From Amphiscolops sp. MND2022 (lineage: Eukaryota): a DNA stretch of 64,000 nt. Under the pieces are notes generated by a model that was not told the origin of the DNA, did not search any database, and saw nothing but the letters and a program-made list of their open reading frames with translations. Of this stretch, positions 50,482-63,263 are shown in pieces. The DNA is taken from positions 38,194,001 to 38,258,000 of the forward strand of contig OZ076409.1 in the NCBI GenBank assembly GCA_964187785.1, written 5' to 3'. Both the position numbers and the translations under genes were made by a program. Positions within the stretch are counted from its first letter, which is position 1, and each line of letters opens with the position of its first letter.

Positions 50482-50974
50482 AAACTCAGAACGAAAATGC
50501 AAAATTTCGAGTGAAAAAAAAACAACATTCTTCAAGTTTACAGTATCACCCAAATCTGGGCAGCGAAAATGCATCTAACGTAGTGCAGAGGGTCCCCCCT
50601 CTCATTTCTCCTTTTTTAACGTAACATACGAAACCGATTGTGACTAAAAGGTCCCCTTTCAAATTTTGTGATATTTTGGTGTTTCGAAGTTTTTTGTCTT
50701 TTCATAAAAGTCCCTAGCAGATTTTCTAAACTTTGCGCTTTTTGAGCCTTAGGTTAGCGCCGACGTTCGATTTTCCCGTTTTGTATCATTGGGAGCGCCA
50801 TCAAAAGCGCTATCAGTTCACTATGAAAGTGATTGATTTGATGAAATTTTTTATTTCGTTTTGGTTTTTCCGGCAATTTGAGATTTTTTCAATTATTTTT
50901 TTTCAAAAAATTCCAAATCTTTTTCTCATTTTCGGTGGAAAATTGAAGCTGGATAAAAACCAAGGGGCTTTTTC
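50482..50974 (+). mobile_element. Insertion in Tc1 containing a HINE family 1 3' fragment
   Basis: Removing it restores transposase SMVGWKL; contains aagggtcccc modules and tttgagccttaggttagcgccgac. Confidence 0.55.
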
Positions 50975-51177
50975 ACCATACTCGAGCACCAACGTTTTCT
51001 GATCAGTCTTTGTGTTTTGTTCAAGTTGATCTTTTTTGCGGCTTTTCTAGAAACAATTCCGTACTTCTTCAGGATTCTTCGAATTGTACGTCTTGTTGTT
51101 GACGTTGAAAAAGATTTGCAGTACTCTTACTCGTTCTAATGTTGTTTTTGGGTCTTTTCCACTCTTCAAAATATTAG

Positions 51178-54100
51178 TGTCGCAGGCTGCCACCTGCAAT
51201 CTTTATCTAATTCGACTTTCAGTCCACCAGACTACAGCAAAATACTGATTGTCTATTTAAACGAATTTGGGACCGACAGTCAATCGGACTGCAGCAATAT
51301 AATGAAAATACTTATTTTTAGTCATGAAAGATTATTTTTATGGTTTTATATTAATTTTTACATGTATAGCAATACTTCTTTTACCTGTGCTGAATAACGA
51401 TGCTGTAATTGTAGAGAATTTGAATAAAATACAGTGCTACTTGAAATATAATGCGCTCAACTGGTACTTTGCTCTAGTCTAGTTGACGCGTGGTCCAAAT
51501 TCAATTATTAACCAATCACAGCGTTGCTAAATTTACTGCTGCCGTCAAACGGATCGTCGGTCCACTATGCTGTTTTAGTTCGCTGTTTGATCTCTCATTC
51601 ACTACATGTAATGTAAACAAAACTGGACAGTCAGTCTAAAGTAACAAGGCGCGCCGCCTTTTCCCCCTAGTTTTCCTTTTGATGCTATAAATAGTTTGAT
51701 GAAATTGTGACGTAATGTTGATGTCATTACCCCAAATTACCCTAGTTACTATTTTTAGTAACGTGACCAGCACAATTTTGACTGTCACGCTGGAAGAAGT
51801 ATAAATACTCGGGACCCATAGTCCAAAGGACCACAACTTTCCTTCGATGCTATACTGATATCAAAGTACAACGATTGATCAAACTTTACTTACCGCTTTC
51901 ATTAGTGAATTTGTATTTGTAGACCTATTGTACCTATTTCTGATAGAATTACTAATCTAGACAAACTAGTTGGCCAATTCATTGTTGATACGTTAAACTT
52001 TCGTTGATGCCGTCAACTAGAAAGCAAAAGGCTAGAGAAATCGTTCAAGACAATCTGACGTAATGTCAGATATTGAAAATATTGATGTTATGCTAGCTAG
52101 TTATTCAGGAAATGTTCACGAAGAGCAGGAGAACGCTGGTGAAATAGAAATAGACCTTGAGTCCAGATGACATCAGCAAAGTACTAATCTCGTTGATGAT
52201 GACTTCAGCTCACTTCTAAACACTAATGTGAAATTACAGTTGAGACTAGTAGAGCAATTAATTCGGAAATTTCCTCTCAGATGTCTGGAAAGCTTGAGGA
52301 AATTAAATCAGACTTGAATTCGCACATATTGGGCGTAATTAACTCTGCAATTGAAGAAAAGGTGATTCCGAGAATCAATAACACTATAGAAAGCAAGAAT
52401 TCAGGTAAAAACATGAATTTGGACCTTCGGTCAGATGGACTGCATCCGGGTAATTTTAGTCAAGTACGTCCTCAGAGGGACTTCCAGTCAAATGGACCGC
52501 ATCAGAGCGGAATTAGCCACATAGCTCAGAAGTATGCCCTTCGGTCCACGGGACTGCACTTGAACCCCGAAGTCGAGTTAAGCGCAGAAGTGGACCTTAG
52601 GTCCGCGGGGCTGCAATGGAACCACGAAGTCGAGTTAAGCGCAAAAGTGGACCTTCGGTCAGACGGACTGCAACGGAACCCCGAAGCTGAAATAGCCGCA
52701 AAATGCGGAAAATTATTCCAAAAGGGAATCTAAATAGTGTAACAGCAATCACTATAGCAGAGAGAGTTCAATAAACACCCTAAACAGTGAATTAAGTTAC
52801 GACATGGTGACAGGAGCCAAACTTACCCCCCATATCGTTCCTGAGTTCCTGATCAGAGGGCCCACATTCCCGCAAGTCCCGAACGTGAAAATGTGCGGAC
52901 TCATCTTAACCAGAAAATTGGCAATAAAAAATTTGATTCATTTCGCTAACCAATACTTCATTAATGAACCATATCTAAAATTGGACTGAAATTATGAGCA
53001 AACAAAATCATCAATCAATTATTAAATGGACGCATACGTCAGCATGACAAAACGAATTGTGCTTGTTTCTAATTTTGATGAATTTGGAGTGAATCGGACC
53101 TTATGTCACTTCGACGGCAGCTAGAAATATTGCAGGCGTAAAGTAAATCTTTCGACCTGATGTTATTCGGACTACAAAAAACACAATTCAACAATCCACA
53201 CTCACATGTGGATTTATGGAATTGTGGTAAACACCTTCTTGAGCGATGCCGTAACTTTGCATTGTGCTGTACATCACGAATTCTAATTTTCTTGCAAAAT
53301 AGTGTATTGCCGCAAATTTCTTGTAATTTTGACTTAAGCAGCCGTTGTGACCTTATGCTACCAACACATGAAATTGTTATACCACAAGATAATTTATATG
53401 TTAACACTTGGGAAACTGACTTTGTCGAATTTCCGAAATCTACCCCTAACGAGAAAATTACGCCACGAACTGATGACGTAGATAGTATTAGACCTAGCTC
53501 TGACGACGCCGATGTATTTTCACCGATGTGGACCTTCGGTCCATATGACTAGAGCAAAATACCAACAATGTCAGTACTGAGCAGCATAACCAAGGAATTG
53601 CAAACGTGGTCCCTCGGTCCACCCGACTATAGCAAAATACTGACGCTGCTCAGCAGGACGAAGAAATGACTGACGTGGACCTTCGGTCCACTCGACTAGA
53701 CCGAAATACTAATTCTGAAAGACATGGTACTACTTCTCCCGAAACTACTACACCCAGTTTGCCTGAAAATAATTATTTAGACGGGAAAGATACTATCGTG
53801 CCCGAAGTATCAGCATCTTCTCTTCAACATTTGATACCTCCGCATCAGACATTATAGAAACCTACTTTCAAATTGGAATTACTCAGAATTTCAGGGGCTT
53901 CAATCATATGAACTCAATTGATTCTTGTCCTGGCATTAAGTCTGCCACCAATTCTATTCGACTAAAACAAACGCCACCACTCTCTGTGGATCCACTACTA
54001 TCAGTGGCAAAATTCAAACAATTGCTGATGCTCAACGGACGTAATGTCCACATCACGATAGTTCAGCTTAGTATCAGATACGCTTACAGAAGCGACTGTT

Positions 54101-57100
54101 ACCAGAAACCAAATGTCGTTTTGTTCTTCTATATCAGAAGTTGGTTGGCCGTTGTTTTCTTTACCTAAACGGAAAGAAATGAAAACTCGCGGTTCACTTC
54201 CTGAAGAAATCCACCTTACCGCATTTTAAAGACTTTCGAAAGCAAGTTCTAACACAATGTTCACACTTAGTTGAAACATTTCACGATGGAGGAAGTAATT
54301 TAGTCAATGGGAAGCCCTGATCAAGCTCACAATTGACACCTTAAAGAACCAACCTGACGTTACTCCCAAGACGGGAGAGCGGAATTCAAGAACTTCTGAC
54401 GAAGAAGACTGCTACAATTGGTACTTCAAAGTACTATCGAAATTGGTGATGGAACAAGTCTAGGGAGTTACTAAGTGCTCAATGAAGGAAGAAAGCCTTG
54501 CTGAAGTCTGTTGGACAAGAGGTTGCAATGTGTGCAAAGCTCGAGCGAGTGGAAAAAACAATTATTAAATGCTGTTGTCGCCCAGATGACTGTACGTCAC
54601 AAATTTGACAATGAGAGGATGATTTGATTTGCAACTAAGGTTGACAAGAAATGTGACAATAGTACAAGAAACAATAACAAAGATCTAATTGCTACTCAAG
54701 GTCAGAAGGACTATTCTGATTATATAGTAAAGCAGTTTAGCCGGAAAGAAAACTCTAGAGGAGACAAATAATGGATGTAATTGAAGCTAAGTGCAAATGC
54801 AGAATGGATGTGGACGTAACGTCAAACTGACGGCAGCATATTACTGTTAAGTATTATTCAACCACAACTACTATAACTGGGACTATGAGTCATTACGACG
54901 GCATGATATGTATAGCTGCTACAATACTTACTGTATTGGATAGAACGGCCAATTGTATGGAATCAACTATTAGATTAAAAGCGTCAGCATAGTTGTACCA
55001 TTGGTCCGCTGGACTGCATTAAATTACTTGTACTTCAATCATAACCACTATTCACTTTGAAGGATTGTACTTGCAATTACTTACAACTTACTATTTACTC
55101 TCTGGTATTTACATAATAGGACGGAAAGTCCACTTGACTGCAATCAAATACATGTACTCAGCCATTAGCAAAATTGGAATAGTAATACACCCACCCGCGT
55201 TCATCCATAGTGTGACGTTACTCACATTGAATGACCACCAGTCAGCTGGACGGCATTCGATTACTTACCAGCACTTCACATCTGTTGGGCCACCAAATAC
55301 TTCGGACTGCAATTAACCAATTACCTGTAATTACCACCACTGATGGACGTTCAGTATACTTGACTGCATCGATTACTTTGGTTTATATCCTGTAATGATT
55401 TGAAATTTCAGATCAAATTTCAGAACTTGTTACGTAAAATCCATTATAGAAATATACATAATCGTACACAAAGAAGTCGTGGCTACATGCAAATTACCTA
55501 TAACTCAAATTTTATTCTGGCAAATTAACACAACGCTGTTTTCTTGTTCGAATGAACCTGCCAGTGAAGTTCTCAAGAAGCATCTTTTCATCTGTTTAAT
55601 CGGACCAGTAATTTACCATTATCTTTCGTCACTATATTTCATCTTCATTCCATTGTTTATTTATCATTTTAATGAATTAGTTCAGTTTCTTTTCCTAAAT
55701 TTCATTTCATTCGTTTTCATTTACTTATCAACACTGCCTGATTGGTCATCACTCTGCCTGCTGTCAGATGGACCGACGGTCTTTGAAGCAGTTTATTGAC
55801 GAAAGTTAGTGTTGGTAAACACTTTCACTTCAATTAAACAACCTTCAAGTTGTTATTAAAAGCTTGAGTGATCCTCAGGGACCAATTTAATTACTCAGCA
55901 TCTGGATGAACCAGAAAAGATTAACATGGGTGTTACTTAATATTTAATTATAATTGGGTTAGATTGGACATTACGTACAATTTGCGACAAGAAGTCTGGC
56001 CAACGAACTGCGCAATATTATACCTTTGTCGTGTAATCCGACACCTTCTGACCCTTACTTCTCTTCATCAATTCAATGTTTTCCAATCCATCTACTTATT
56101 AGGGTTTCAATTACCCATGTTATTCAGTTCATCAAAATTCTCATTCTGTTGTCAACTCAATGTTATTCAATGAGAGAGATTACTGATGTCGAGCGGACCT
56201 TCAGTCCTGAATGCAGTCTGGCACGCTTCTCTTTGAACCAAGGGGACTGTCGCAGGCTGCCACCTGCAATCTTTATCTAATTCGACTTTCAGTCCACCAG
56301 ACTACAGCAAAATACTGATTGTCTATTTAAACGAATTTGGGACCGACAGTCAATCGGACTGCAGCAATATAATGAAAATACTTATTTTTAGTCATGAAAG
56401 ATTATTTTTATGGTTTTATATTAATTTTTACATGTATAGCAATACTTCTTTTACCTGTGCTGAATAACGATGCTGTAATTGTAGAGAATTTGAATAAAAT
56501 ACAGTGCTACTTGAAATATAATGCGCTCAACTGGTACTTTGCTCTAGTCTAGTTGACGCGTGGTCCAAATTCAATTATTAACCAATCACAGCGTTGCTAA
56601 ATTTACTGCTGCCGTCAAACGGATCGTCGGTCCACTATGCTGTTTTAGTTCGCTGTTTGATCTCTCATTCACTACATGTAATGTAAACAAAACTGGACAG
56701 TCAGTCTAAAGTAACAAGGCGCGCCGCCTTTTCCCCCTAGTTTTCCTTTTGATGCTATAAATAGTTTGATGAAATTGTGACGTAATGTTGATGTCATTAC
56801 CCCAAATTACCCTAGTTACTATTTTTAGTAACGTGACCAGCACAATTTTGACTGTCACGCTGGAAGAAGTATAAATACTCGGGACCCATAGTCCAAAGGA
56901 CCACAACTTTCCTTCGATGCTATACTGATATCAAAGTACAACGATTGATCAAACTTTACTTACCGCTTTCATTAGTGAATTTGTATTTGTAGACCTATTG
57001 TACCTATTTCTGATAGAATTACTAATCTAGACAAACTAGTTGGCCAATTCATTGTTGATACGTTAAACTTTCGTTGATGCCGTCAACTAGAAAGCAAAAG

Positions 57101-57874
57101 GCTAGAGAAATCGTTCAAGACAATCTGACGTAATGTCAGATATTGAAAATATTGATGTTATGCTAGCTAGTTATTCAGGAAATGTTCACGAAGAGCAGGA
57201 GAACGCTGGTGAAATAGAAATAGACCTTGAGTCCAGATGACATCAGCAAAGTACTAATCTCGTTGATGATGACTTCAGCTCACTTCTAAACACTAATGTG
57301 AAATTACAGTTGAGACTAGTAGAGCAATTAATTCGGAAATTTCCTCTCAGATGTCTGGAAAGCTTGAGGAAATTAAATCAGACTTGAATTCGCACATATT
57401 GGGCGTAATTAACTCTGCAATTGAAGAAAAGGTGATTCCGAGAATCAATAACACTATAGAAAGCAAGAATTCAGGTAAAAACATGAATTTGGACCTTCGG
57501 TCAGATGGACTGCATCCGGGTAATTTTAGTCAAGTACGTCCTCAGAGGGACTTCCAGTCAAATGGACCGCATCAGAGCGGAATTAGCCACATAGCTCAGA
57601 AGTATGCCCTTCGGTCCACGGGACTGCACTTGAACCCCGAAGTCGAGTTAAGCGCAGAAGTGGACCTTAGGTCCGCGGGGCTGCAATGGAACCACGAAGT
57701 CGAGTTAAGCGCAAAAGTGGACCTTCGGTCAGACGGACTGCAACGGAACCCCGAAGCTGAAATAGCCGCAAAATGCGGAAAATTATTCCAAAAGGGAATC
57801 TAAATAGTGTAACAGCAATCACTATAGCAGAGAGAGTTCAATAAACACCCTAAACAGTGAATTAAGTTACGACA
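51178..57874 (+). mobile_element. Recently inserted non-autonomous LTR retrotransposon (LARD-like, probably Gypsy-derived)
   Basis: 1627-bp TG...CA LTRs at 51178-52804 and 56248-57874, identical by eye; TSD ATTAG; PBS TGGTGACAGGAG (tRNA-Leu-like); PPT AAGGGGA; no RT or integrase ORF inside. Confidence 0.92.
52421..52700 (+). repeat. 57-bp tandem repeat (5 units) in the LTR; copy at 57491-57770
   Basis: GGACCTTCGGTC-like heads at 52421, 52478, 52535, 52592, 52649; encodes a 19-aa DLRSxGL repeat. Confidence 0.85.
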
Positions 57875-58579
57875 ATTAGTCTTCGCTCTTTTTTGCTGAG
57901 CTTTTCTGGCCGGCCTGGAGGTTTTTTCGCCACATAAGAGTTCGTTCTCAAAAACGCTGATAAGCTGTTTGAGCTGTCGATCGAGATTTAAGGCCCAACT
58001 TTTCTTTAATTTCTTTGATAAACCCCTTTCGCGAAGTGTAACGATTTTGCAAACAACGTATGAATCCAATGGTTTGACCATTTTCAACAATGTTTAAATC
58101 AAGAGTGATTGATTTCACTTCCGGTTGAGAATGAAAATGAAAAGTTCTTCACAAACTGAATAAGATTTGATTTTCAGCTGTACGTCGCTTTTCGCTACCA
58201 TAGTGTAGCTGTGATTCTTTTGAGGTACGGTGATGCGTTGTGGACACTTTATACGATCTCGAGTAATAATCAATTTCAAAACCATTTCCGAAACGGTTAT
58301 TACGAGACCCTGGGTTCACGTACTGGACTTAATTCCAAGTCCTTGACAGAATAACTCAAGGATTCCAAGGATTTCCTCAGTTTTCGAAAATTTCGCATTC
58401 TTACCAGTCCTAGTGCAGTCCTTAGCAGTCTTTGAGAAATTTCGATGAAAAATTCGAAGTTGCATATAGGGCGCGGTCATATTGAAATTGAGTAGGAAAA
58501 ACGACTTGCTTGTGTTTCCTATCACTTTCAAGTGTATTTTGTATCAAATATGCCCATGAGCACTGGGTTATGAGCGACA

Positions 58580-58812
58580 GAATGAAGTTTGTTGGAAAGA
58601 ACCTAAAGGGTCTCCTTTTCAGTTCTTTTCGGCATTGTGAGACTTTTTTTCGAAAATTTTTTAATGACTTCAAATGTTTTGATGTTTCGCAACAATGGAT
58701 GTATAAACTTTTGGGATTTTCGGCTACTGTAAACAATACTTGACACTTTGAAGTACTTTTGGTATTTTTGAGCCTGAGATATGGCGCCGACTTATGCCGT
58801 TCCCGGCTTGTT
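58580..58812 (+). mobile_element. HINE family 1, 3' fragment
   Basis: ttcggcattgtgaga ... agatatggcgccgacttatgccgttcccggcttgtt. Confidence 0.65.
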
Positions 58813-59162
58813 CTTCTAGCGTCTGCTAAGCTCTATTATGCATAACTAGTAACATACTACTCTAGACGCGATCTTACCCACCGGTTAGACTACAGGCCAA
58901 TTCGATAAGAACACTGTAACAAGATTCCATATGTTTGTTTCCATACTTTGAAAGCCCGTACTGACAGTCCACTGGACTTAAGTCTTTGCCATGATAACTC
59001 AATAATTCCAAGCACTGCCAATCATTTCCCCAGAATTCGAAAAAATCGTAAGTCCTTACCAGTTCTGGTCCAGTCCTTAGCAGTCCTTGATAAATTTCGA
59101 TGAAAAATTGAAGTTGCATATAGGGCGCGACTATATTGAATTTGAGTGGGAAAAAACTGTCT

Positions 59163-59522
59163 GGGCTCAATAGTACCGGATATAATGATAGAAATTGAGC
59201 TTTTCCCGGAGAGGGGAAAAAAGATCTAAAATTTATTTTAGATCTAATTCCAGGGGAGGGGGAATAAGCTCTATAGAATAACATACAAAACTTTGACATG
59301 CTCAAGTTTGAAAAGGGGAATAAGATTTAAAATTTCAGATCTTATTACCTTTGAATTTCATTCTTGAGACGGGGGAGTAAGATCTAAAATTTTGTGATTT
59401 CAGATCTTTTTCCCTTTAGATCTATTCCCTTTTATGACTTTAGATCTTCTTAGATCTCATTCCCTCCTCTACTTATTCCAGTCCTGAAGTTTTAGATATT
59501 ATTCCCGTTAGATTAGGAGCCC
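59163..59522. mobile_element. Probable degenerate MITE rich in AGATCT motifs
   Basis: Imperfect GGGCTC... / ...GAGCCC inverted ends; many internal TAAGATCTAA-like motifs in both orientations. Confidence 0.4.
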
Positions 59523-61423
59523 GAATAACGTCTAAACCTATATATAAAAACTCCAACTAATAGCACGGATATTTTCGAGGTCCTGATCTGCTTTTTTGAT
59601 GGACTTCGAGAGACATCCAACATGGTTTTTGTGCTCATTCATTTCATGTATTTTTGTGAATGGTGCTTTTTATGCACCTGCTCGTTGGTAGCCCTGCTTG
59701 TGTCGATTGTTTCTCAGTTGGCCAGCCAAAACTAGAAAAACTAATATTTTTGATTTTTGAGGTAGTTTTATGATTATTTGACGAGAGACAATTTTCACGA
59801 TTTTTGTAAGGTAAAATACTGAAAAAACCTTCTTCCTGCACCCAATTACAGTTATTTCACCTAAATATAGCACCTATTTGGCCCTTATAAGACCTGAATC
59901 GGTTTTGAGGAAATCGATTTTTCCGTGTTCCAGCCCTTGTCAGCGTATCTCTAGGATTCCCCAGGACTGGTAAGGACTGGTCCAGGACTTGTAAGGCTAA
60001 AAGTGGCACATGTAAGCATTGGTCCAGAACTTGACAAGTCCTTACCAGTCCTTGGGAATCCTTGGCAGTCCTGAAATTCATTTTTTTTCAGTACGGGTTA
60101 AATCTTCGTCAAGGAGGTGGCCTGAGTATATTGGGACGACATGGAGAAAATCCGTGAAGAAGTCGATGATTCTTCATTCAACCGTGAAATTTGATTTTTA
60201 AAAAACACGTTAAGAATGGCATATCTTGGTGCCCCTCAAGAAAATAATGATTCTTTAACAAAGCATGAAAAAGTTATTTTTGAGTTTCTAAAAATTGAAA
60301 CATTAAGTAAAAAGTTATGAGAATTCTTTTGACTTTTATCTTTTACTTCGGTACTTTTGAATCGTCAAAACATTTCAAATTTTAACTAAAGAGTTTCGTT
60401 AGAAAAGAGGCTAATTCTGACAGGTTCAACATGTGACGCTACAAATTGAATGGCTAGCAAATTAATGTTTCATTGTTTGATATGGTTATTTTGTCTTAAT
60501 TGAATAAAAATAGAGGTTATTTCAATTTATTTGGCCTGTGAACTGAATAAGTTCAAATGATTTTTCAAGTTGTTGTAGACTAAAAGCCGGTACTTCCAAA
60601 ACAGTTCATAGGGATAATTCAATAAAACCTAAAACCTTTTATCTATATTCTCAGACTGTTTGACTCCAATTTTGAAATCAAAGTGTTTTGACTCAAGTCA
60701 GTAAAGCAAACATGGGAAAATGAATTTATAAAATTAGGAAAATGAAATATTAGCAAATATGACCTTGAAAAAGTAAACAAATCTTATTACAAGGTGCGTT
60801 TTGAAGTCCCATTCTGCGAAAGCAATCATTGGAAAATTTCACTGGAAGATAAAAATGTTGGTCATGCTTTTCATGTCTTGTGGAGCTGGAATTACTTTTA
60901 AAAGCATTGATCGACAGTTGAAAGTATTTAACATGAAATACTTGTTCGCACCTGATGATAGAAATATGGGGGAAAATTGGGTACGAAAAAAAGCTTTTTA
61001 GAACTTTCTGCAAAACATGCTATTTTACTATGGAGGTGAAATGCTACATAGCTAAAATGAAAAGTTGGGATTGAAGAGAACTATATAGTAAAATATGTAA
61101 AAATAAGTTTCAAAAAAACAAATGCTAGTTCCTTGATGGGAATTGCTCAACTCTTAACTTCAACCAACTAAAATCAGCATCATTTTTCTGGGTTTGTTAA
61201 ACCTTTGGTCATCTTTCTAGGGTATTTTAATACTTAAACTAAACCTTTAGAAAACCAAAACCCTTCTTTCTACTCTGAATCTTTTGACGTCACCAGCAGG
61301 GGTGTGCATGCAATAATCTGCTGGAAAATTAATAAATTATTGTAAAAAAATTATTAGAAGGCTTTTCACTATGAATAAATTATTGGCAGAAAATAATAAT
61401 TAGAATAATTTATTACAACATGT

Positions 61424-62244
61424 AACCAGAGCCGCATGTGCGGTAAAGGAGTCGGCTTAGGTCTTTTTTTCTGAAGTCGAAAAATGGCCCTTTTTTGACC
61501 ATTTTTGGGCTAATTTTGGCTATGTTTCTCACATCCCAGCCATACGATTTTGATGCCATTGCACATATAGGACTCTAATATGGTGTAGAATATCTGTAGA
61601 AAATTTCGTTCGAATCGTATGGACAGTTTTTGAGAAAATCGAAAAAAATCGAAAAATGGCTGTTTTTTGGCCATTTTTGGGCTAATTTTGGCTATGTTTC
61701 TCACATCCCAGCCATACGATTTTGATGCCATTGCACATATAGGACTCTAATATGGAGTAGAATATCTGTAGAAAATTTCGTTCGAATCGTATGGACAGTT
61801 TTTGAGAAAATCGAAAAAAGTCGAAAAATGGCTGTTTTTTGGCCATTTTTGGGCTAATTTTGGCTATGTTTCTCACATCCCAGCCATACGATTTTGATGC
61901 CATTGCACATATAGGACTCTAATATGGTGTAGAATAACTGTAAAAAATTTCGTTCGAATCGTATGGACAGTTTTTGAGAAAATCGAAAAAAGTCAAATGG
62001 CTGTTTTTTGGCCATTTTTGGGCTAATTTTGGCTATGTTTCTCACATCCCAGCCATACGATTTTGATGCCTTTGCACACGCAGGGGCCCCTTTGGGTGTA
62101 GAATGACTGTGCAAAATTTCGTGAAAATCGTACGGACAGTTTTTGAGAAATTTGAAATTTTCATGAAAAGGTCGGGAGAAAAAAAAACAAAAAAAACAAC
62201 ACGATTGCATAAGTAGTCGAAAATTTTTTCCGACTCCTAATAAA
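61424..62244 (-). mobile_element. Complete HINE family 4 copy with central 172-bp tandem array
   Basis: 5' tttattaGGAGTCGG...TCGACTAC stem-loop; 3' CCGACTCC sub-TIR + CCGCA-CA-TGCGG hairpin + ctctggtt. Confidence 0.75.
61477..62150. repeat. 172-bp satellite-like tandem array (~3.9 units)
   Basis: Near-identical units; repeated spurious ORFs end at 61510, 61682 and 61854. Confidence 0.95.
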
Positions 62245-62964
62245 TGAGACAATAAATGGGACATTAAATACAGCTCGTTTTACATGTATTTGTTATGTAA
62301 TACCATAAAATCAACATCTCAAGAGTATCAAATGTAAAAATTTAGATTAGACATTATTTTGATTATTTGCGCTGAATTAAATGAAAAACAAAGAACAACA
62401 AATGGAGCCCAATTGAGTGTGCACGAGTGTATACTTCCTACTATTGCATCATCATTACCATTTTCTGCTTGTTTACAAGTCTTTTTGTGAATAAAAACAT
62501 TGAAATCGGTGGTATCTTTTAATTCAAGTCCTGTTCTTCGAAAATAAAATAATCTGAACTTTGAGTCGACTTGAGTTGGTATTGGCATTACGAGCTATAG
62601 AGGGTAGTTCAAACAACTGTTGACAAATTTGTAACATTTCAGTATGCAGCCATGATATATTAGATCATTCTAAGCAATTCGTTCAGTGGTTTGATAAGTT
62701 CGTAACTCTCATCATGTAATCGATCGTTACTTGATTTGTCAGTATTTATAATCATTCACTCAATTGCCATTGAAAAAAAAATATTTTCCTTTGCCTATTT
62801 TATGCTTTTTGTTGTTACCAAAATTAACAAAAAGTCACAACTCCATGTGCTACTGAATCAAATTCTTAGCATAACTCCTTGTTTTTAACTCCATGAGAGT
62901 ATCGAAGACTCTGTTTGGTTTATGAAGAAGAATTTAATTTCTCACTGAATCCTAGTGAACAAAA

Positions 62965-63263
62965 ATGACGTGGTGTACCATGGGGTTTTCAGGGAACCCA
63001 GACCCTATAATTGTATACCCTAAACCTAACAGTAAATACGTGGATGATACCATTTATTACAGTGGGCTACCAATTTGTTGTTTTGGATTGGTAAACAATT
63101 TGTTTGTTTTATGGGTGCTTATCAAACGGCAGCAGTCACCCCATCTGACTATTCTTAAGTCGATGGCTTTTGTGGATTTGTGTCTCATCGCCTTCTTCAT
63201 TTTGGTACTCAACTTTGGCAGTCAGTCGCTACCAGATACTTTTCTAGGAGGTCTCACTTGTCG
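62965..63263 (+). CDS. First exon of a second class A GPCR (TM1-TM2 and start of TM3)
   Basis: ICCFGLVNNLFVLWVL (TM1), ILKSMAFVDLCLIAFF (TM2), LTCR, then GTAGGG donor; downstream exons not identified. Confidence 0.7.

Larger units (their letters stand above)
49806..58205 (-). mobile_element. Tc1-family (DD34E) DNA transposon split by two insertions
   Basis: TA-flanked 27-bp TIRs CACTATGGTA..AAAAG..ACGTACA; transposase pieces at 57880-58081 (N-terminus, GRPEKL), 50975-51177 (TIRRILKKYG) and 49900-50480 (FSDET, QQDNAP-34-E in SPDLNPFE). Confidence 0.9.

Noticed and set aside
51178..57874. 1.6-kb exact duplication as a misassembly or segmental duplication
   Set aside because: TG/CA ends, PBS, PPT and a 5-bp TSD inside a Tc1 ORF show a real LTR insertion.
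61477..62150. Tandem array as a CRISPR array, or repeated ORFs MASKSYGW... as genes
   Set aside because: Whole units repeat with no unique spacers, there are no cas genes and the context is eukaryotic; the ORFs are artefacts of the repeat.
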